This document shows positions 59,691 to 64,000 of a stretch of DNA of 64,000 bases, one piece after another. The DNA comes from the human T2T-CHM13v2.0 reference genome, Homo sapiens. Under the pieces are notes generated by a model. The model saw only the letters and a list, made by a program, of their open reading frames with translations. It had not been told where the DNA came from and searched no databases. The translations under genes and the position numbers were made by a program. The first letter of the stretch is position 1, and every line of letters starts with the position of its first letter. The stretch is from assembly GCF_009914755.1 (NCBI RefSeq), contig NC_060942.1; one strand, written 5' to 3'.

Positions 59691-60486
59691 CCTGATGGAG
59701 CTGCAAGGGGAAGCTGGGGATGTTCACAGTTTGTCCCCAGCCTCATGGTTCTGTGGCACTTTTTCCTTTCCAAGCTTAAATGCCTTGGATTTTCAGAACA
59801 TCTTAAGAAGTTAGGCTGGCAACATTAAGCCCATTTATCAGAAGAGGAAACAAAAGCCCATAAAGATGGCATGACTTGTCCAGGGTGACCTGATGAGTTT
59901 CTGGCAGAGGTCAGACTCCAGGTCAGGACCCTGGTTCCCAGCCATGGGGCTGTCCTACGGTCTTTATGTGGTTTCACAATGACCTCACAGAAAACCATGA
60001 CAATGGGCTGTCTGTGAGCTGTGGTTCAGTGTTCCCTCGGGCTGGTAGGGGAGGGTGGGGTGGGAGATGGGAGAACCCTGTCACCTCCTGCCCTGCACAG
60101 AGGGGAGCCCAACAAGTCTATGGGCTGGAAAGTTGATTTAATTCAACAAATATTTGTTGATAGGGTGCCCATTACATTCTAGGCACTGGCAGGCCCTCAG
60201 CAGCCCCAAAGCCCACTCAGGATCACTCATGCTTTCTTCTCTGTCCCACTCCACTCATACAAGGGGACTTCTCTCCTTTCTCTTGCCCTTGGGCCCCTTA
60301 CACCCAAGGGGCAATGAGGCCTAATGAAAACACGTTCAATTCAACATAGACAGTCTGGAGTTCTGGTCCTAGCTGTGGCACTGACTGATTATGGGGCTGT
60401 GGCTTCACCTCCCTGGGGTGTGGACCTATGGGAAGACATAACACTCTCTTCCCAGCCCAACTCATGTGGCAGCTGTGAGCCTCCAC

Positions 60487-60840
60487 CAGGGGTCAGCAAA
60501 TTACGGCCTTCAGGCCCAATCGGGCCTACCCTGCTTGCGGACATCCATAAGCTATGCATGGATTCACATTTTTAAATGGCTGGAGGAAAAATCTAAGGAA
60601 GGATAATATTTTTTGACATGTGAAAATTATATGAATTTCAAATTTCAGTGTCCAACACTGAAATTTGAAATTCATATAATTTTCACATGTCAAAATGACA
60701 CAGCCATGCCCAATCATTTAGGCATCATCTATGACTGCTTTTGTGTTACACCAGCAAAGCTGTTGTTCCAGAGACCAAATGCTTGCAAAACCTAAAATAT
60801 TTACTATCTGGTCTTTACACAAAATGTTTGCTGATCCCTG
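60487..60840. mobile_element. MER58B hAT-Charlie element containing a perfect palindrome
   Basis: TIRs caggggtcagcaaa / tttgctgatccctg; body matches recalled MER58B. Confidence 0.85.
60611..60695. repeat. Perfect inverted repeat with 41-bp arms and 3-nt loop
   Basis: 60611-60651 is the exact reverse complement of 60655-60695. Confidence 0.97.
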
Positions 60841-61127
60841 GTATAGAATATTAAAAGAATGTACTAGAAGTTGCTTTATACGTTGAGAGGCTTATGGGTG
60901 AGCTATGCCTAGGCATGGAAACTGGACCAAGGAAGGTCTGACAGGGATTGGAAATCCTGTCTCTCTAAACAGATGGACCTCAAGAGTTGCTGGTCTGGGG
61001 GATCTATTGGACTGTCATCTCACAGGGCAGGTGACACTAGGGGCTGCCAATGAGAGAAGAGGGAGAGAGGCAATGCCCATCCAGCCTGCAACGTGGGCAA
61101 ACCTGCTCTGGTGGCCATGACAGGCAA

Positions 61128-61838
61128 CACAGCCAGCCCACCCTCACCCTCAGATGTCACGCAGCCCACTCTCAGCCTCAGACATCACAACCAGCCCACC
61201 CTCATCCTCATACCTGCCCACCCTCATTCTCAGATGTCATCCAGTCCACCCTCACCCTCGGATGTCACAGCCAGCTCGCCCTCATCCTCCAGTGTCACAG
61301 CCAGCCCACTCTCATCCTCCAACGTCACCCAGCCCACCCTCAGTCTCAGACATCACAGCCAGCCCACCCTCACCCTCACACACACCCACCCTCATTCTCA
61401 GATGTCACCCAGTCCACCCTCACCCTGTGACGTCACAGCCACTCTGACCTTCCAGTGTCACAGCCAGCCCACCCTCACCCTCCAATGTCATCCAGCTCAC
61501 CCTCAGCCTCAGACATCACCACCAGCCCACCCTCACCCTCATACTCACCCACTCTCATTTTCAGATGTCACCCAGTCCACCCTTACTTTTCGACGTCACA
61601 GCCAGTCCACCCTCACCCTCCAATGTCACACCCAGCCCACCTGCACCCTCAGACATAACCCAGCTCACCCTCAGCCTCAGACATCACCCCCAGCCCGCCC
61701 TTACCCTCATACCCGCCCACCCTCATTCTCAGTGCACCCCAGTCCACCCTTACTTTTGGATGTCACGGCCAGTACACCTCACCCTTAGGTGTCACCCAGC
61801 CCACCCTCACCCTCCACCGTCACAGCCGGCCCACCCCC
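61128..61838. repeat. Minisatellite of 22/28/30-nt monomers in a ~168-bp higher-order unit
   Basis: Monomer gatgtcac(ag)ccagcccaccctcaccctca; anchor gacatcac at 61181, 61349, 61512, 61680. Confidence 0.93.
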
Positions 61839-61920
61839 AGTCTTCTTCCAGGACTACCTCTGTGGCAGACATGGCCTCCCTCAGAGCAACACCCCTCCCT
61901 GCCCACTGCCCCCACACTCA

Positions 61921-62076
<156 letters not shown>

Positions 62077-62654
62077 TCAGTGGGGTAAGACCTACCCCTC
62101 CCCACATGGCCATCAGCCCCATCCTCCCAAGAACCAGGGCAGCCAGCCAGAGGCCAATGGTGAGACCCAAAGCAACCAGGAGTGGGGATGATGGAGAATG
62201 TCACTTAGTAGTCTGGTGTTTGGTCTGCACAATTGTTTCCCTAACTTGTCCCTGCCAGGAGATCTTCTCACTCTCATGTCCAGGAAGGTGGAAGGAGGAG
62301 AGGAAGAGTGAAGGTGACCTTGAGAGGCAGAAGAGAAGATAGGTTTGCTGGATGCCCACATCTGTGGTGGGTGTTTTGTGTGCAAGAGAGGGGGGTGCAC
62401 TGAAACCCTCTGCAATGTGTGCAGGTGTGTGCATAATCTGCTTCAATCACATATTTGTATTAAGTACCTGCTATGAGCTGGTGCTGTGCAAATCCAAAGT
62501 GACTGTCAGAAACTGAAGACGGATTTGCCCACCATTTAGGTGTGAAGAGGGCCATATGGATCACACCATGTGAATGCACACACTGCTCCATGCACGGGAG
62601 GAAGCAGACCACACCAGGAACCTATAAGTAAATGGGGCCTTCTTGGATATAACT

Positions 62655-63040
62655 TTTTTGACTCTTAATTTTGAAAAAGATTTTAAATCTACAGAAAACT
62701 TTCAGAAATAGTATGATGAAAGTTCATATGCCTTCATTTAGATTCTGCACTTATTTGTAACATTTGCTTTCTCACTCTGTCATCTCTCTTGCACTCTCTC
62801 TCTTGCTGTATGTTTTTCTAAATCATTTGAAAGTAAGTGGCAGATACCATGATTCTTCATCCCTAAATTCTTCAACATGGATTTCCCAAGAACAAGGATA
62901 TTCTCATATAATCACACTAGAATGATCCAATTCAGAAAACTTAACATCAACATAATGCTATTATATAATATACAGTCCATGTTCAAATTTTACCAGTTGC
63001 ACAAGTTATGTAGTCCTCTATAGAAATTTTTTCCTAATCC
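62655..63040 (-). mobile_element. L1M fragment
   Basis: aattttgaaaaagattttaaatctacagaaaac...ccaagaacaaggatattctc...cagtccatgttcaaatttt. Confidence 0.65.
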
Positions 63041-64000
63041 AGAAATATGTGGCTATAATTTTTAAAGGAGAACACTGAAACGCAGAAATAAACTACATCC
63101 TCAAGTCAAGGGGAAGATTCTTTAAAGAAAAAGCAGGGGGCCCCTGAAATAAATCAAGAAATGAGCCCAGAAATATGTTAATTAATTTAGTTCATTTTTA
63201 AAAAATCTGTGTTAATGAGAGAATTTGGCTTTCGGGTAGAGGCAGGAATGGGAAGGGTGAGATAAGAGATAGTTTTCTAGCCAGGGGATATTATAAAATC
63301 TTGAAGGGCAAAGATGACGGCTTTATTTTTCATGACTTTCCCACTACACCTGGAAGAGTAAGGTATGTGTATTTCTTTTCATGGATTCCCACTGCATTAG
63401 GATACAGTTCTGGCTTCTCAGCTTGTCTCTTAAGCCTCTCATGACCCCACCCACCCCACACCCTAAATTGTTCTTATCCAAGCTTATCCACTGGGGCTTA
63501 GCACTGACCACAGCTCAGCTGGAAGACACACTGTCCTAAACTGGCCTCCCCCATTTCCACCTCCATATCTTTGCTCATGTGGTTCCATCTTCTGAGAACA
63601 TCTTCCACTGTTGCCTTTATATGTCTACACCATACTCACCTGCCAAGGCCCAGTTTAAGTTGCTCCCTCCCCCTAGTTTTCCCCCAAGACACCATCTTGC
63701 GGCGAGGACTTCCTCTTGAACCCCTGCATCCCTACCAAGTGCCTCAGCATCTGCCACTCAACGCCATTCTCTGTTTGTTCCTGTGGGTCAGCTGGCCCAT
63801 GGGCTCTAGGTGCTGGGGCCCTGCCTGCAATTCTCTCATAACCCCTCCACAAAGTATCAGTGTTACTGAAGAGGTACTGCCATGAAACCTGGTGGGATGA
63901 ACAAGTCACACTGCCAAACACAGCAGCCATTGTGCTGCGATGGGCTGCCATGGGAATCTCAGAGGGCACCAAACCCACAGCCCCCACCCAGGGGCCAGAG

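Noticed and set aside
61128-61838. CRISPR-like array, or mucin-like 231-aa Ser/Pro/Thr ORF (61093-61788)
   Set aside because: No unique spacers or cas genes; the ORFs are translation by-products of a C-rich tandem repeat antisense to LOXHD1

Overview
Human (primate) genomic DNA, not prokaryotic. The whole window lies inside LOXHD1 (PLAT/LH2-repeat stereociliary protein, DFNB77 deafness gene, chr18q21), transcribed on the minus strand. I traced 17 consecutive internal coding exons (62055 down to 10400), all with GT-AG boundaries. They total 2662 nt and splice into one open frame covering about 5 complete and 2 partial PLAT domains. The rest is intron: 11 Alus (including young AluYa5 and AluYb8 copies), L1/L2/MIR relics, MLT1 LTRs, a solo LTR8-family LTR, Tigger4, MER53 and MER58 DNA transposons, and simple repeats. 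Nearly all other ORFs in the track are spurious. There is no CRISPR array, RNA gene or clearly new multi-gene system. The most unusual signals are a perfect 41-bp palindrome apparently created by template switching inside an old MER58B, a higher-order G-rich tandem array beside a splice donor, a 228-bp dispersed duplication, inverted Alu pairs bracketing exon modules, and a perfect RFX X-box. Repeat family names come from recalled consensus sequences, not from a RepeatMasker run.
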